Of a stretch of 64,000 nt of DNA, positions 12,972-25,640 are shown in pieces. The first letter of the stretch is position 1; each line of letters begins with the position of its first letter. The notes beneath the pieces are model-generated. The model made no database searches and had not been told where the DNA came from. It was given only the letters and a program-made list of their open reading frames with translations. Source of the stretch: Chrysemys picta bellii (lineage: Eukaryota); contig NC_088804.1 in assembly GCF_011386835.1 (NCBI RefSeq), positions 32,612,001 to 32,676,000 of the forward strand, given 5' to 3'. The position numbers were made by a program, and so were the translations under genes.

Positions 12972-15129
12972 TCTGCCACCCTTACTCATGCTGAGAAGAA
13001 CCTTTCTCCTCAAATAGCCCCCTGTGGGATTACTCGTGTAAGTGCTCACCAGTGTGAATAAAGATTACATAGTCTCACCCATAGTGAATAATAATGACAA
13101 AGAGCTATTAACAGTAGAGTGACAAAGTGTGGAGAGATCCATCAACTCATCTTGTGTTTAATGAAACAGAAATGAACATCGTATTGCCCTTGTTTTCTGT
13201 CAGATTTTCCAGGTCTCCATGAGGTTTATTAATGTGAGGATGTAATGGAAAAATGTGTTGCTATGTTACATACTATAGCACCCATTCAGTACTCAAAGGA
13301 TTGAAGACATTATTAGTCTTTGTCTTATTTACATACTGTACTTTGGTGCATGCTATGATAGCTGCACTTAGAGCACAATGGAGAGTGGAGTTATAAAATG
13401 TTTGTAGATTTCAGAAGTGCGTATTAATGCATGTGACCCGATAGTTATCTGCAAGCCACTTAACCAGAAGTTACAGTTGAAAACACTCTTGTGAGGAACA
13501 CACACAGCACATATTAAAGATCTTGGAAACTGCTTAGATTCTTAAGAGATACACGGTACAAGGGAAGTGTAGCTTCATAGCTGTATTGTATGGTCCTCCT
13601 GAGTATCTGCATTTGTGAACACATTTTGTTCCTGCTATGTGTGTGGAACCTGATCTCATAGTTAGGATACTAATTTATTCTTTACTCCACTGTCATATTT
13701 ACCTCATCACTGTGTTCTGTGTCTTAACCATGGTACCATATGTTTAAAAAGAGGACTTCCAATTTCTTAAAAACAAGAGGAAACAAACTGTTAGGGGAGA
13801 TATCACAGTATCAAATATTGGATTCAATAAATATATCATAAGGTTTGTATTCTGCTTGCATTTTTAAAGTTTTAAGGGCCATCTGTGGACAAGCCTAATA
13901 ACATCAGTGCCATCATATTTTCACTTGAGGTCTTATTATTTTTCTGTTAATGTAAACCGATGAATAATCGAGGTTAGACATCAGAGATATTCTCTTCTAA
14001 CAAACACCTGTACAGTGAAATTGTCAAGCCCTGTTTGTTAGGCTATATGGCTCATTACAGGTAGCAAGGTCTTTGTGCAGATAAAGCTATGACTGGGGAT
14101 TAGAAGAGGTTATTAAATGGTGCTCTTGATACGTCTGACGAGCAGTGTTTTTAAATGATGATAAAAGTCCTTATGTTTTGTTTAAAAAAATTAACATTCT
14201 TGTATCAATGCAGCTTTTTTTTAACATGTTCAATATTGGCAATTTCAGAGATTAAACATTAAAATTGTGTATGTGATAGTGTCACTGGAAATATTTGCCT
14301 AGGGTTTATACATTTTGTAAACTGATTTTTCTCATTTTTATCCTTTTACTTTACAGAAAGCTTTGTTTAAGAACCAAGCATGTTTTGCCACAGCTTTAAT
14401 GACGTATTAGCCATCTATATACATTTCAGTGATGGTGTTCAGAAACTTCAATAATTATAGATTCCTCTCAAAGAATGTGAAAAATTCTCTTTTAAACTAT
14501 ATTTTTTCTGACAGCAGTTCTGTCAGTTTCTTGTTGTACACAGTATGATTGTGAAGCAATTTGCATAACATCTACACTGCCAAATTTTGAAAATTGCCAT
14601 GTTTGAAAAAGAACTGCTGCTGTTCTCTGCACCACACTGATTAATCATAGTCTTAGACTAGATATAACATTTTTTTATTAAACTTCCAGTGAGCAGGGAA
14701 ATTAGCACTTCCTGAAATAACTATACTAATTCCATTAGTGAAAGTTCCCATTTAAAATGCTCTATGTTCCTATTGTGCTTCCTTTATCCTTTTCAAACTA
14801 AAGAAAAAGATCTGATAGCTATGTGCAAGTTCACCTAAAACTGCCTTGCTGTTTTATATACAAATTGACCACATGCTCTTTGTGGTTAATTGTATGTTTG
14901 TTCTTACATGAAGCTCCAGAGTAGATATAAGTGGTTAAAATACTGCAGTTTAATACATGTACCCAACCAACATGTTGTGATGAGGGGAAACATATTGGGC
15001 CAACTCTCAGGCCGAGGAATCCCTGTGCACAGAATCCTCAGGACTTCGTGAACTGACTGCAGTTGCACTGATCCTGACCAGAAGGTCTTGCACTGGAGGC
15101 TGCCATGAGAGTGGCTCAATTCTCTCTTT

Positions 15130-15336
15130 AAAAAAATATAAAATATATGGAGTTATACCTATCCCATAGAACTGGAAGGGACTCTGAAAGGTCATCGAGT
15201 CCAGCCCCCTGCCTTCACTAGCAGGACCAAGTACTGATTTTTTTTGCTCTAGATCCCTAAGTGGCCCTTTCAAGGATTGAACTCACAACCCTAGGTTTAG
15301 CAGGCCAATACTCAAACCACTGAGCTATCACTCCCC
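15130..15336 (-). mobile_element. tortoise Pol III SINE (tRNA-derived head with CR1-derived 3' end)
   Basis: Reverse complement starts GGGGAGTGATAGCTCAGTGGTTTGAG (A box) and contains GAGTTCAATCCTTGA (B box). It ends in a CR1-like tail, seen on plus as 'catagaactggaagggactctgaaaggtcatcgagtccagcccc'. Confidence 0.88.
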
Positions 15337-15656
15337 TCTTTCCCCAGAGGCACAGTCTACTCAGCCAGCATGGCCAGTTTGCTATCTGTAAATGGTCCTG
15401 GCATTGACTGGAGGTACTGTTACCATATAGCTGCTATTGTACTGGCTGTACAATATCAATAACCTATTCAAAACACAAGATTTTGGAACCTAAATCTAAC
15501 TATGTTACAAATAACTTCTTCAAAATTATACTAGCAGAATTCTACTGAGCTGTGTCCCATCTCCACAACTTCCCAAGCGCATCCCTCTCCTCATCGATGT
15601 CATCAATACTCCCCATATCACACCTTTCCAGATCCATGGGTCTTACACATACCTAA

Positions 15657-15920
15657 GGCCTTGTCTATGCTGCCACTTTACAGCGCTGAAACTTTCATTG
15701 CTCAGGGGTGTGAAAAAACACCCCCTGAGTGATGCAAGTTTCAGCACTGTAAAGTGGCAGTGTAGACAGTGCACCAGCGCTGGGAGCCGTGCTCCTAGCA
15801 CTGGTAGCTACTCCCCTTATGGGGGTGGGTTTTTTTACAGCGCTGGGAGAGCTCTCTCCCAGCACTAATGCTGCGACTACACAGCCACATTAAAGCGTTG
15901 TTGGTAGTGAAGACCTACTC
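15657..15920. mobile_element. PIF/Harbinger-type MITE
   Basis: Degenerate TIRs 'ggccttgtctatgct' and 'agtgaagacctactc', flanked by TAA on both sides (15654-15656 and 15921-15923). Internal hairpins are present. Confidence 0.78.
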
Positions 15921-15924
15921 TAAC

Positions 15925-16465
15925 ACAACAGGTTGGGTAGCTCATCCTGTGCTTCAACTGCCCCAACTATGTGAGTGGAATTCAGACAATCACTATGCTT
16001 TTGAATTAACTCACACAGAAACATGATAAAAGTAAAAACACCTATCACCCAGGAGTGAACAGTTTTCACAAAATGATCAGTCCACAGTGGATATCTGTCC
16101 TCATCCTCCAAGGAAACCTGCACAACATCTTCAAAAGACAAGCCTAGGAACTTACTACTAGACTCTAAAAATCATGGATTCTACAGACACTGTTTCTGTG
16201 GCTTATTACAACAATTTGTAACTATTAATCCTCCTTTGTCCTATGATTGCAGAGGTGTTAATTGCCCACTTCATTTCAACTGGTCTCCTGCAGCATGTGT
16301 TAACCCCTTATGCTTAACAAACTGTTCCACCTTGTACTTAGCTGTGACGCTGATTACTTTAGACACAGAGAAGAGCTCTGTGCAGCTCAAAAGCTTGTCT
16401 CTTCCACCAACAGAAGTTGGTCCAATAAAAGATATCACATCACCAACCTTGTCTCTTTTATCTTA
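15925..16465 (+). mobile_element. Penelope-like retroelement 3' end (GIY-YIG endonuclease remnant plus terminal repeat)
   Basis: Frameshifted translation LILCFNCPNYVSG/RQSLCF*INSHRNMIK/EQFSQNDQS/VLILQGNLHNIFKRQA*EL/LDSKNHGF/VAYYNNL* follows the Penelope GIY-YIG C-terminus. It is followed by the terminal repeat 'gaagagctctgtgcagctcaaaagcttgtc...ggtccaataaaagatatcac'. Confidence 0.85.
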
Positions 16466-18436
16466 ATAAATATTTTAAAATAAACTTTTTCTCCCCTTGT
16501 TTTAAGAAGAAACCAGATTATCATAATTTGTTTGGGATATCAATGTGTTTATCAATATGTGATACTTTGCTGCACTCATAAAAGTATGTTTCCTAGATAA
16601 ACACGGATAGAAATGTTTTTAAATGTACAAAAAATGAATTTTCATAAGGTTACATCTTTTTACCTCTCTGTGTATACAACCGACTATATTAAAAGAGAGA
16701 TTACATTTTACTCTGCGGAGTAAAATGCAAACACAAAATTATTATTATTATTATTTTTTTTGCTTTTCAGGATAGGCATTGGATTATCATTTATTTATGA
16801 GACTTTTTTTAATCTAGAATATATGGAAATCTTTTCTTGAAGCACAATATAATATTGAATTGGGAATGTTGTCTGACAGTTCGCTTCTTACAGTTGCATA
16901 GAATGATTCTACTGTATGAATTTTTTAAAAAGGCTTCAATATACTCTGCATTTGAAAGGAAGGAAGTAATCAGTGTAATCTTGAAGAAGCTCATAAATGC
17001 ACTTCCTTCTGTCTATTTGTATTTCAAACAAACTCTTCTGCAGGAAAGGCTGCCTTAGTGATTTTTAACATCTGACTAAATGTCCAGTTATTTTGCGGTT
17101 ACCCACAATATGCATCTGTGTGCAGTAGTTCATCACTGCAGCCATATTCAGTCATCCATTTCTAATGCTCTTTTGTCCTACTGAGATCATCACTCCAACA
17201 CACCCAGTACTGAGGGACAGTTTCTTATCTCAGCTGTGCAAATCAGATGAAGTCAGTGGAATTATTCCATAGTTTACGCAATCTGACTGAGATCAGCGTC
17301 TGGTCCAAAATGTCTTGGCCCTTTCATGGGGGCAAAATAATTCTTCACCTTAATGTTTTGGGACCATATTGTACTAGTAAAGTTGAGCAAGCTACTTTAC
17401 CTCAGAAGTACTCACCCACTGCTAGCCTTGGATGGTGCTGGGATCATCTTCGGAGTGGGAGGGACAAATCTTGTTTGGGAACAGTAGAAGAAGTATTCAC
17501 TTTCCCTCTTCTTTCCACCATCCCCTTCACCTCTGATGCATGGGGACTATTGCTTCACTCTATCCACTTCCTTCTCCCCCACCACCTTTCTCCTGATGGA
17601 CAACATGGAGGAGGACGGGTCATATGCTGCTTCCAGGTCCAGGCTCTGGGATTCATCCCACCCGCTGCTGCTGCCATTGGTTGGAGGGGATTGGGTGGAG
17701 CTTGATGATGGGTGCATAGAGGGGAGAGCACTGAAGATTTCTCCCCCTCTGGAGTAGCCATCAACAGCTCCCTATTTCAGCCTCACCCTTCCACTAATAT
17801 GCTGGATTTTTTATGATGCTGGGGGGGAGTTGCTGATGGCTAGTTTTAGGGAATGGAAAGTATTTTACCTATATGGCAAAACTGACAAAATGGTGTGAGG
17901 GAGTTTTCACCTTCCACTCGGCATCCAGGAGGGATATGTGTGTGAAAATTACAATTGTTGCAAGTTTGGCAGAAATACGTCGTAAGAGCCATAGATCCCC
18001 TATGCTCGCCTAGCTGTCTCAGCCCATCTTTTAATTATCAAGTCCTATTAAAGAATACATCAAGTAAGTGGAGCAGAGTAGTGGCCCACTCGAAACAGAA
18101 AGGCACCCTGTAAACCATGAGTGTTGTCAGAGTTCAGGATGCAGGCATTCTGATTAAGTTACCAAAGACCAAGTATGATGCTGTCCTTTTAAAAAATGGG
18201 CAAATCGCCAAAATGAAGGACACAGCAAATGATGCAGAAATAATTTCTTTAGTGTAAGTACATTTCTCTACAACATTAGTTTTATAATTTAGTAGTTCTG
18301 ATGTTAGTAAATTACAGTAACTCTGTGACACCAACCCATGTCCATGGGATATAAAAAAGTTTATATTAAAATATTTGATACTTATCTGTATTAGAGAAAG
18401 GCCTTTGAGAAGTGTGAAGCCAGAGGAACTAAAGGG

Positions 18437-18438
<2 letters not shown>

Positions 18439-18477
<39 letters not shown>
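18439..18477. repeat. (TG)n microsatellite, about 19 units
   Basis: Directly visible. Confidence 0.98.
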
Positions 18478-18479
<2 letters not shown>

Positions 18480-18824
18480 ATACCTTCGACTAAATACAGG
18501 TATATAAGAAAGAAAAATACCTGACACCATGTTCACCAACTTGCCATCTCCTTTTTCTTCTCTGCAAAATGTTTCTGTGCATTAGTGATCACAGTATGAA
18601 TCCATAGGAGAAAATATGTTGTTTTACTACTGCAGACCAATATGGTAAAAGAAAGCAGTTTCCTAAGGGGTCAGTCTTTTCAGTACAGGGGCCATTTCTA
18701 CCTCTGTGTTTGTTTAGTGTCCTGATCAGGGCCTCTGAGAGTACCTCCCTTCTCTGCTCTCCCTTTATTCCATTCAGGAATCAGTCAACTCATGCTACCC
18801 TCACTCACATTGAATAGAATCTTC

Positions 18825-18900
18825 TTATTATTTATGATTTGTGTTACTGTAGCATGTAGGAACCCCAGTCATGGACCAGGATCCAATAGTATTAGGCACT
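18825..18900 (-). mobile_element. L2 3'-tail-like fragment
   Basis: 'ttattatttatgatttgtgttactgtagcatgtaggaaccccagtcatggaccaggatcc...taggcactg' resembles the reverse-complemented L2/L2-SINE tail common in turtles. Confidence 0.55.
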
Positions 18901-18933
18901 GAATCAGTGATGCTATTTATGGAGTAAAAAAAC

Positions 18934-19098
18934 CATAGGAGTTCCCATTATGGGGGTCTATTAAATCCGATCTCTGACGCTGGTCAGCACCAGATGCTTC
19001 AGAGAGTAAGGTGGCAGCAGATCTGGTATGATCTGTTACTCCACATTAGGTTTATGCTGATCTGTAACAGCAGTTGGCTTAAGCTCTGAAGTGTGAGG
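18934..19098 (-). mobile_element. old CR1 3' UTR fragment
   Basis: 'cataggagttcccat...tctctgacgctggtcagcaccagatgcttcagag' is homologous to the CR1 tail at 5090-5130. Confidence 0.55.
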
Positions 19099-19199
19099 TG
19101 CTATACAATATAAATAAGGGTCCTTCAGACTCCATCGTGTCTGCTAGGTACGGCCTTTCATTGGAGGGATATAGCATGCCTGCTGAGGTTCCCCTACAC

Positions 19200-19510
19200 C
19201 AGGCTTCGGCAACCTTTCAGAAGTGGTGTGCCGAGTCTTCATTTATTCACTCTGTTGTAAGGTTTCGTGTGCCAGTAATACATTTAAACATTTTTAGAAG
19301 GTCTCTTTCTATAAGTCTATAATACAACAATAGTTTAGTGATATATGTAAAGTAAATAAGGTTTTTAAAATGTTTAAGAAGCTTCATTTAAAATTAAATT
19401 AAAATGCACAGCCCCCCAGACTGGTGGCCAGGACCCGGGCAGTGTGAGTGCCACTGAAAATCAGCTCGCATGCTGCCTTTGGCACGCGTGCCATAGGTTG
19501 CCTACCCTTG
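19200..19510. mobile_element. hAT (Charlie-like) MITE, full length
   Basis: TIRs 'caggcttcggcaacc' and 'ggttgcctacccttg', with a perfect 8-bp TSD 'ccctacac' at 19192-19199 and 19511-19518. Confidence 0.92.
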
Positions 19511-21921
19511 CCCTACACCTACAGGAGCACTCTTTGTGGGTTGCAGTCTACTAGGCTGCTAGTCCCTCTCTGTGGTCAGTGCTGGGGGAACAGAGCTGAG
19601 GCCTCATTTCATCCCAATTGCTTTGAGGCACTGTGCCTTCCAGTGGGAGCAGAAATAAAGAATTTCATTGCCCCTTTGAGCACAGTTCTATCTGGTCCTT
19701 ATCTGGGTGTTGCAAAGGCTGGGATGTCCTTTACACCCCCACCCTCTATGGTCCATCCACATAAGGATGAGACATGATTTTCAGTGACTGGCTTGTGATA
19801 CAGTGGCTAGTTGATGATAATCTGCAATGTTTTGTAGGGCACATGGAGCACTCAGATTTTATAGCTGCCTGTAAGTCATAGTGAGCCCAGGTTTCAAATT
19901 TGAGTGCCCAAACCCACAACTGAATAAACATCTGTTTTTGACAACCCAATGCTATGCTCTGAATTGGGACTTCATTGCCTGAAATGAGTTAGGGATACCA
20001 AAATATGGATTTTGGTATCATTTTGGTATCCAAGTTTTAAAATTGGGTCCACAAAAATCAGCCTTGAACAAGAAACATAAGCCAGTTTAGGGGGAATAAA
20101 TGTGAAAGTGAGACCCATAGTATGGTAGACTTATGTAATTATATTTCGGCTTTTAAAAAATGTTCAGATTTTACTGTCATAATAAAATATTTTGCGATTT
20201 TTAGTATTCTGGCCATAGTAAGCAAAAAGCTATTTGTAAAAAAGTTACATATGATCATCTGAGCTAATTGCTAAAATGACACTACATTAATTAGACAATT
20301 AAGGACTGTGAACATGTGGCTATTGTGTTCATTGGGCTTTAAGCCAACACCTTCCATAGCTGGGAAAATTTGTGTTAACATTCAAAATTCAATTGCTATA
20401 TCCTTTTTCATATGAAAAGATATGTAGAATGGGTCTTAAATCTGGATTAGAAAAACCTGTAACTGGTATTATTCTGAGTATTAAACACCTTTACACTATT
20501 CTACTGTATTTGTTGTTTAACCCTTTGCACTGATGGCAGCTTTGCTTTTCTAGCATCCATCTCTCAAATTAATAGTATTGATTTTTTTAAGATTTATTGT
20601 TACCATTTTGGAAAGTGTTCTGTAAGTGTAGATGCTTTGTAACATGAAACCTAGTGCTTTCTTGTTTAATTTGAAGAGGATGAGTTTTGGCATGCAGTTT
20701 GAAAAAGTTTGTAATATCAGTAAATTGTCTATGTGCCTTACCTTTACTTATCAAGGTTATTTGTCAGCAAAATTATCTCTTGTAACTGTAGGTCTATATT
20801 TGGGGATGAGAGAATTTAATGGAAAGATTTTGCCCATACCAACTAGTAGTATAAGTTGATTTTATGTCCTTTATAAAATAAAAGTTTTGCTTATCGTGTT
20901 TGTACTCAATTTGAAATTTAAATTTGTGGTCTCAAGATGACCTTAAAGTAACTGACCCCCAAATCTAATCACTCCAGGCTCCCAGGAAAACTGACAAATA
21001 TGTCAGGTTTACCTTTGAGTATCAAAACATTGTTTTAAATATTTCATTTCCAGGCAGTGCAAGAATAACTCTCAGGTTAGTTCTAATGTCTATAAGGCTA
21101 GACTGCTTTGTTGGTAGCAATGCTGTGTGTTTACTGTCATACAATCTTCGTACTGTTTTACTCTGCATAATTTGCTTTATAAGAGTAGAAAATATTCTGG
21201 GTGAGTGAGTTATTGATTGGTTTTGTCTGTGCAAAATGGTCACAAATGGTCAATACATGGTCAAAGAGTGTCAGTCATGCAAAAAATAAGATCAATTTTT
21301 TTATATATGGATATTCTTTGATTTATTTTATGCTTATCATCCTTTTTGCCTTTCTGTTTCTCTTGAAGTCAGTTGAAAGAGTTAGTTAATGACAGGAATG
21401 TAAAATGATTGAGGAAGAAAGTAATATGGAAATGCTATTTCTGACAAGCAACAAATCACAGTTAGGCTTAATTTGCATTCATTGTTTTTATTCAGAAAGG
21501 ATTGTCATACTTCAGGTTTTAATAGGCTTCTGGTGGAAATAATCACTGGACGATATCATTGGCTATATTTTTTATTTTCCCTCTTTAAGATCTTTGATTT
21601 AATATTTTTCTTTTAAAAATGCTATTGCAACGTGTAGTGTACACGTGTCAAACTATGGCCTAGAGATCGTACCTAGCCCAAGTGTGAAGGAAACTCTGGG
21701 GGTATATATAAGCTGCAAGTTCCTCCCTAGTGCAGGCCTTGCATAATTTGACAGGGAATTTGAGATGATCACTGATCATAACTTCCCTTTTATAGCAATA
21801 TCACAGGAGAGGAACAAATGCTAAACTGCTGTGATAGGCTTTACACTCCAGCAATATTCATTTTAGCTGCATCACTGTACCATGGTGAAGAAATGTTAAT
21901 GTGAATGGCCTCATCAGGAGA

Positions 21922-22124
21922 AAGCGACAGAGTCCTGTGGCACCTTATAGACTAACAGACGTATTGGAGCATAAGCTTTCGTGGGTGAATACCCCCATGC
22001 GTCTGACAAAGTGGGTATTCATCCACGAAAGCTTATGCTCCAATACGTCTGTTAGTCTATAAGGTGCCACAGGACTCTTTGTCGCTTTTTACAGATCCAG
22101 ACTAACACAGCTACCCCTCTGATA
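21922..22124. mobile_element. palindromic Penelope terminal (pseudo-LTR) insertion
   Basis: Near-perfect inverted repeat of about 75 bp followed by the tail 'gactaacacagctacccctctgata'. The 12-bp TSD is ctcatcaggaga (21910-21921) / ctcatcaagaga (22125-22136). Confidence 0.9.
21997..22038 (+). ncRNA. degenerate minimal hammerhead-ribozyme-like motif
   Basis: GCGU-CUGACAA-A-GUGGG(UAUUCA)UCCAC-GAAA-GCUU-AUGC. The core reads CUGACAA instead of CUGANGA. Confidence 0.55.
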
Positions 22125-23866
22125 CTCATCAAGAGAGAGACCTAGAAGACTTTCTGAATGACCCTGATAAAACTGCATGCCAGTCAGAAAAGATCATCAA
22201 GAAAAAAAGGGAGGCACTGATGGAATTTGATCAAAGTATCATTCAGGACTACCAAGGTGATGGTAAGATGCAGTTCTCAATTCTGAGGTGTACTCCAATG
22301 GGAGAGGCTGTTGGTTTAAAGTTCAGTTGGTTGGGGTAGGAGCATATTTTAGGGTCTAGCCCCATCACTTATGAAAGTTACAAAGAAATGTTAAGAAACA
22401 GAATTCTTTATTGTATATACATGGGCTTGTTTGAATAGATTTTACTCTGATGTATTTTAAACATTCTCCAGTATAAAGAAGTTAATGTGATTGAGACTCC
22501 TCAATAATATTGAAACAAAGAAGGCTGACTTGTTGGGAAAATGGTAGCAATATCGGTTAGCACACAGAGGAGTCAAGATTCTGACCCTGGGCTACAAGGG
22601 CTGGAATCACATCATACTCAGTTCTTGTGGGGAAGCAGACATGTCACCTGTCTCATCAATGATCCCTCTGTCTGACTGAGGAAAGGTAATAACAGACTTC
22701 AGGGTAATCCACACTCACAAGGATGGTCTTCACACTGCAGGGCTTTGAGAGTCAGAGGAGTAAGATAGAAAACTGAGGATTGCCCTTGATGATCAAAGGA
22801 CCCTGTAGAAGATAAGAGGGAGAGAAATCCGGTTTTGTTTTTGTCTGAGTTTGTCTCATTTTAAACACCAAAATGAAGTGTGGTTTTAAAGACATCATAT
22901 ATTGATAAATTCACTGTCCAAGTGAATATAGTGCCATTGGCTTCAGGGGCACCACTTCACTGAGTGTTTAAACTTTGCAGAAGCCTAGTTGTGTAAATTA
23001 CTTTACCAGCTGTCTAAATTACTTTCTCACCACCACTCAAATGTAGTTCAGCATGTGACCCACCAAGGGGAGCTGTAGATTAGTGTGGACAGCCCTGTGG
23101 TTTCATAAACCAGAAATTCTCAATCATTTTTTTGAATTTTCACAGTAATTGTTTTGGGTTCAAATAAAAACATTTATTTGGGGGGTGAAGGCTGTTGGGT
23201 AGGAGGATCCTACTTATCCTCTTCACCAAAAGAAAGACATCAGAATTTATAAAGTCTCTTCTGGTTCTATGAGAGAATTAAAACAGCATCAATATCTCCA
23301 TGTGTGATGTCAGTGCATCTGGTACTGGATAATCTGGTAGAGAAGTCAATGAATTTAATGCAGTATTGGTAATCCAAAGGGTTTAGAGTTAAGTGCTTTT
23401 GACATGCAGAATCAAGAGTCAAGGACAAAGCAGACTTTAAATATTCTTTCTGCAGTGCCTGTTATAGATGTAATTGAATACCTCATGTGAAGCGTCTTAT
23501 CAGAAGTAAAGCTGGTTTAGTATCTCATCACCAAACAGAGAGGTTTAGGGTGTCTTCTCCACACAAGTGTGTTTTTTTGACATTGTGGAAGGTCCTTTGA
23601 GATCCCAGACAGTCCCTAATGGAAATGCTGCTGGGAATGCATCTGTATAATATAGGATGAACTCTGTATTACCCACATTACCCCATGATATAATAGCTTA
23701 TGGCCCTCCTAGTGTTTTAAGAGTTAATGCCAGAGCAGCTAAATTAAAAGCAACAAGGAATTGAAAGAAGTAGTATAAAAGGGAATCAGGACAGAAAAAA
23801 TTGCATGAATGTTTGTATTGTTGGAGAAATCCTAATGGTTAGGAACAGAAATATCTCAATTCAGAC

Positions 23867-23988
23867 TAGGGTGACCAGATGTCCCGATTTTATAGGGACA
23901 GTCCTTATTTTTGGGTCTTTTTCTTATATAAGCTCCTATTACCCCCACTTCTGTCCCGATTTTTCACATTTGCTGCCTAGTCACCCTA
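23867..23988 (+). mobile_element. hAT (Tip100-like) MITE, 122 bp
   Basis: TIRs 'tagggtgaccag' and 'ctagtcacccta'. TSD attcagac (23859-23866) / attcagat (23989-23996). Confidence 0.9.
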
Positions 23989-24149
23989 ATTCAGATTGTA
24001 CTTATATATGCCCTTATGGGACGTACTGAGATACCAAGATGCCACAGAGTTCATTTCTGAGACAATTGCTGATGTTGCAAGTAATTGTGGAGTCTTAATG
24101 TGAATAACGCTTTCAGATGACTGTAATCAGAGTTCAGATATTCCTTCTG

Positions 24150-24459
24150 CAGTGTTGCCAGCCTGTGATTATATTGTGAGTCTCATGATTTTGGGTGTTT
24201 TTATTAAGCCCCAGTTCCTGTAGTCATATTATTGTGCGGGAATCTCAGCTTGCATTTAAAAAAAAACGAAGTTTCTAGTCCTCTTGGTTGTGGAGAAAAG
24301 CTTAAAAAATGAGCCTGAAAGACTCAAAAGCAAAAGTCAAATAAAAGGGATACAAAATATATTAAATATAAAATGTAATGGTTTTAAGCAATAAGCAAAT
24401 TGTATGATGGTTTTAGGATCTGACTTACAATTTTTGAATGTTTGGGGTTGGTAATATTG
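24150..24459. mobile_element. old hAT-like non-autonomous element
   Basis: Ends 'cagtgttgcca' and 'tggtaatattg' form a degenerate TIR. No TSD is preserved. Confidence 0.5.
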
Positions 24460-25308
24460 GTAGGTGAAGGAATGATTATTTGATCCTTTAACCAGAATTG
24501 TTTCCCTTAGTCAATTGAAGTCCATAGGGTGGAAGTACATATACCTTATTTTGGGAGCTGTTGAGCCATTCTTTAATTTTACTAACCACACAGTGTATGT
24601 TCCTTAATAACCTGCTTTTGCAGTGTTTCTTTGTTTTGTTTTTTGGAGACTTACGTGATTAGAAGTTGTAGGTTAGTTTTCATTCATCCCCTAAATAGAT
24701 ACATTGGACCAGATTCTAATCTCATTTACACCGATGTAATCCAGTAAAACACCATGGCCTTAGTGGAGTTAGTCTGGTTTTACACGGGTATGTTTGAGGT
24801 TCCGATCTAGTATGAAGCCATAGATCATCTAAATCGGCATCCCATCTTTGTGATGTATACTTAAAGGGAAGGTGAAAAGTCTCCATCATATACCTTTAGT
24901 TGTGCATTACTATGTCTTTGGATCCACCTTAGTTAGGTGAGTTGCTTTCTGAACTCACCTGGTGATTAATTTGTGCCTTAAAAAACATGATCACTGTGAA
25001 CTCTTGTCATTGTTTATTGTAGGTTATTTGAACTCCAGATGCCATTTCTATATGTATAAAATCCTTAGCAAAACCAAAAAGAGGTAACTCCCTTTGTAAA
25101 AAAGATCAGATAATCTTAGAGGGACAGCTTTTCAGTCTGGTCTCAACTGAGCCTCCAATTTTGCAAGTGCAAATAATTGTGGGCAAAATTTAGATTACTT
25201 AAAATAGATAAGCTACTGATTTATGAGCAGAATAAGAGTCACCAAAAGAGATCATTTTCTGAAAATCTGCCTGATAGCTGCAAGTGTTAACAATATTGAG
25301 GTATGCAC

Positions 25309-25400
25309 TGTTGTTGTAGCCGGGTTGGTCCGATAATATTAGAGAGACAAGTTGCATGAGGTTGGTCCAATAAAAGATATTATCTCACCCACATTATCTC
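25309..25400. mobile_element. Penelope terminal-repeat fragment, internally inverted
   Basis: 'gtagccgggttggtcc...tattagagagacaag' followed by 'gttggtccaataaaagatat', which is shared with 16417-16435. Confidence 0.7.
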
Positions 25401-25544
25401 AAGAATATTGATGTTCTTTCTGGGAGATCCAACCTTCCATATCATGAGAACACTGGAGACTGAAGGAAGAAGACTCCCACAACAGTGCTGTGTTGAACTC
25501 TACCATGGACTTGCATTTTAAATTGTCCAAAGTGGGTGAAAGGT

Positions 25545-25640
25545 ATATCTAATCCTGCCTGTGTGTGTGTGTGTGTGTGTGTGTGTGAACTAGATGACCT
25601 CTTGAGATCCCTTTCAGCACTACATTTGTATGATTTTATT
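25545..25640 (+). mobile_element. CR1 extreme 3' end containing a (TG)14 microsatellite (25560-25587)
   Basis: 'aatcctgcc[TG]n gaactagatgacctcttgagatccctttcagcactacatttgtatgatt' matches the CR1 3' terminus. Confidence 0.75.

Noticed and set aside
21796-22340. Exon-like segment split by the Penelope insertion (LEDFLNDPDKTACQSEKIIKKKREALMEFDQSIIQDYQGD|gtaag)
   Set aside because: Removing the insert gives 252 nt between plausible splice sites, but no single frame is open. An 80-codon stop-free frame is expected many times by chance in 64 kb.
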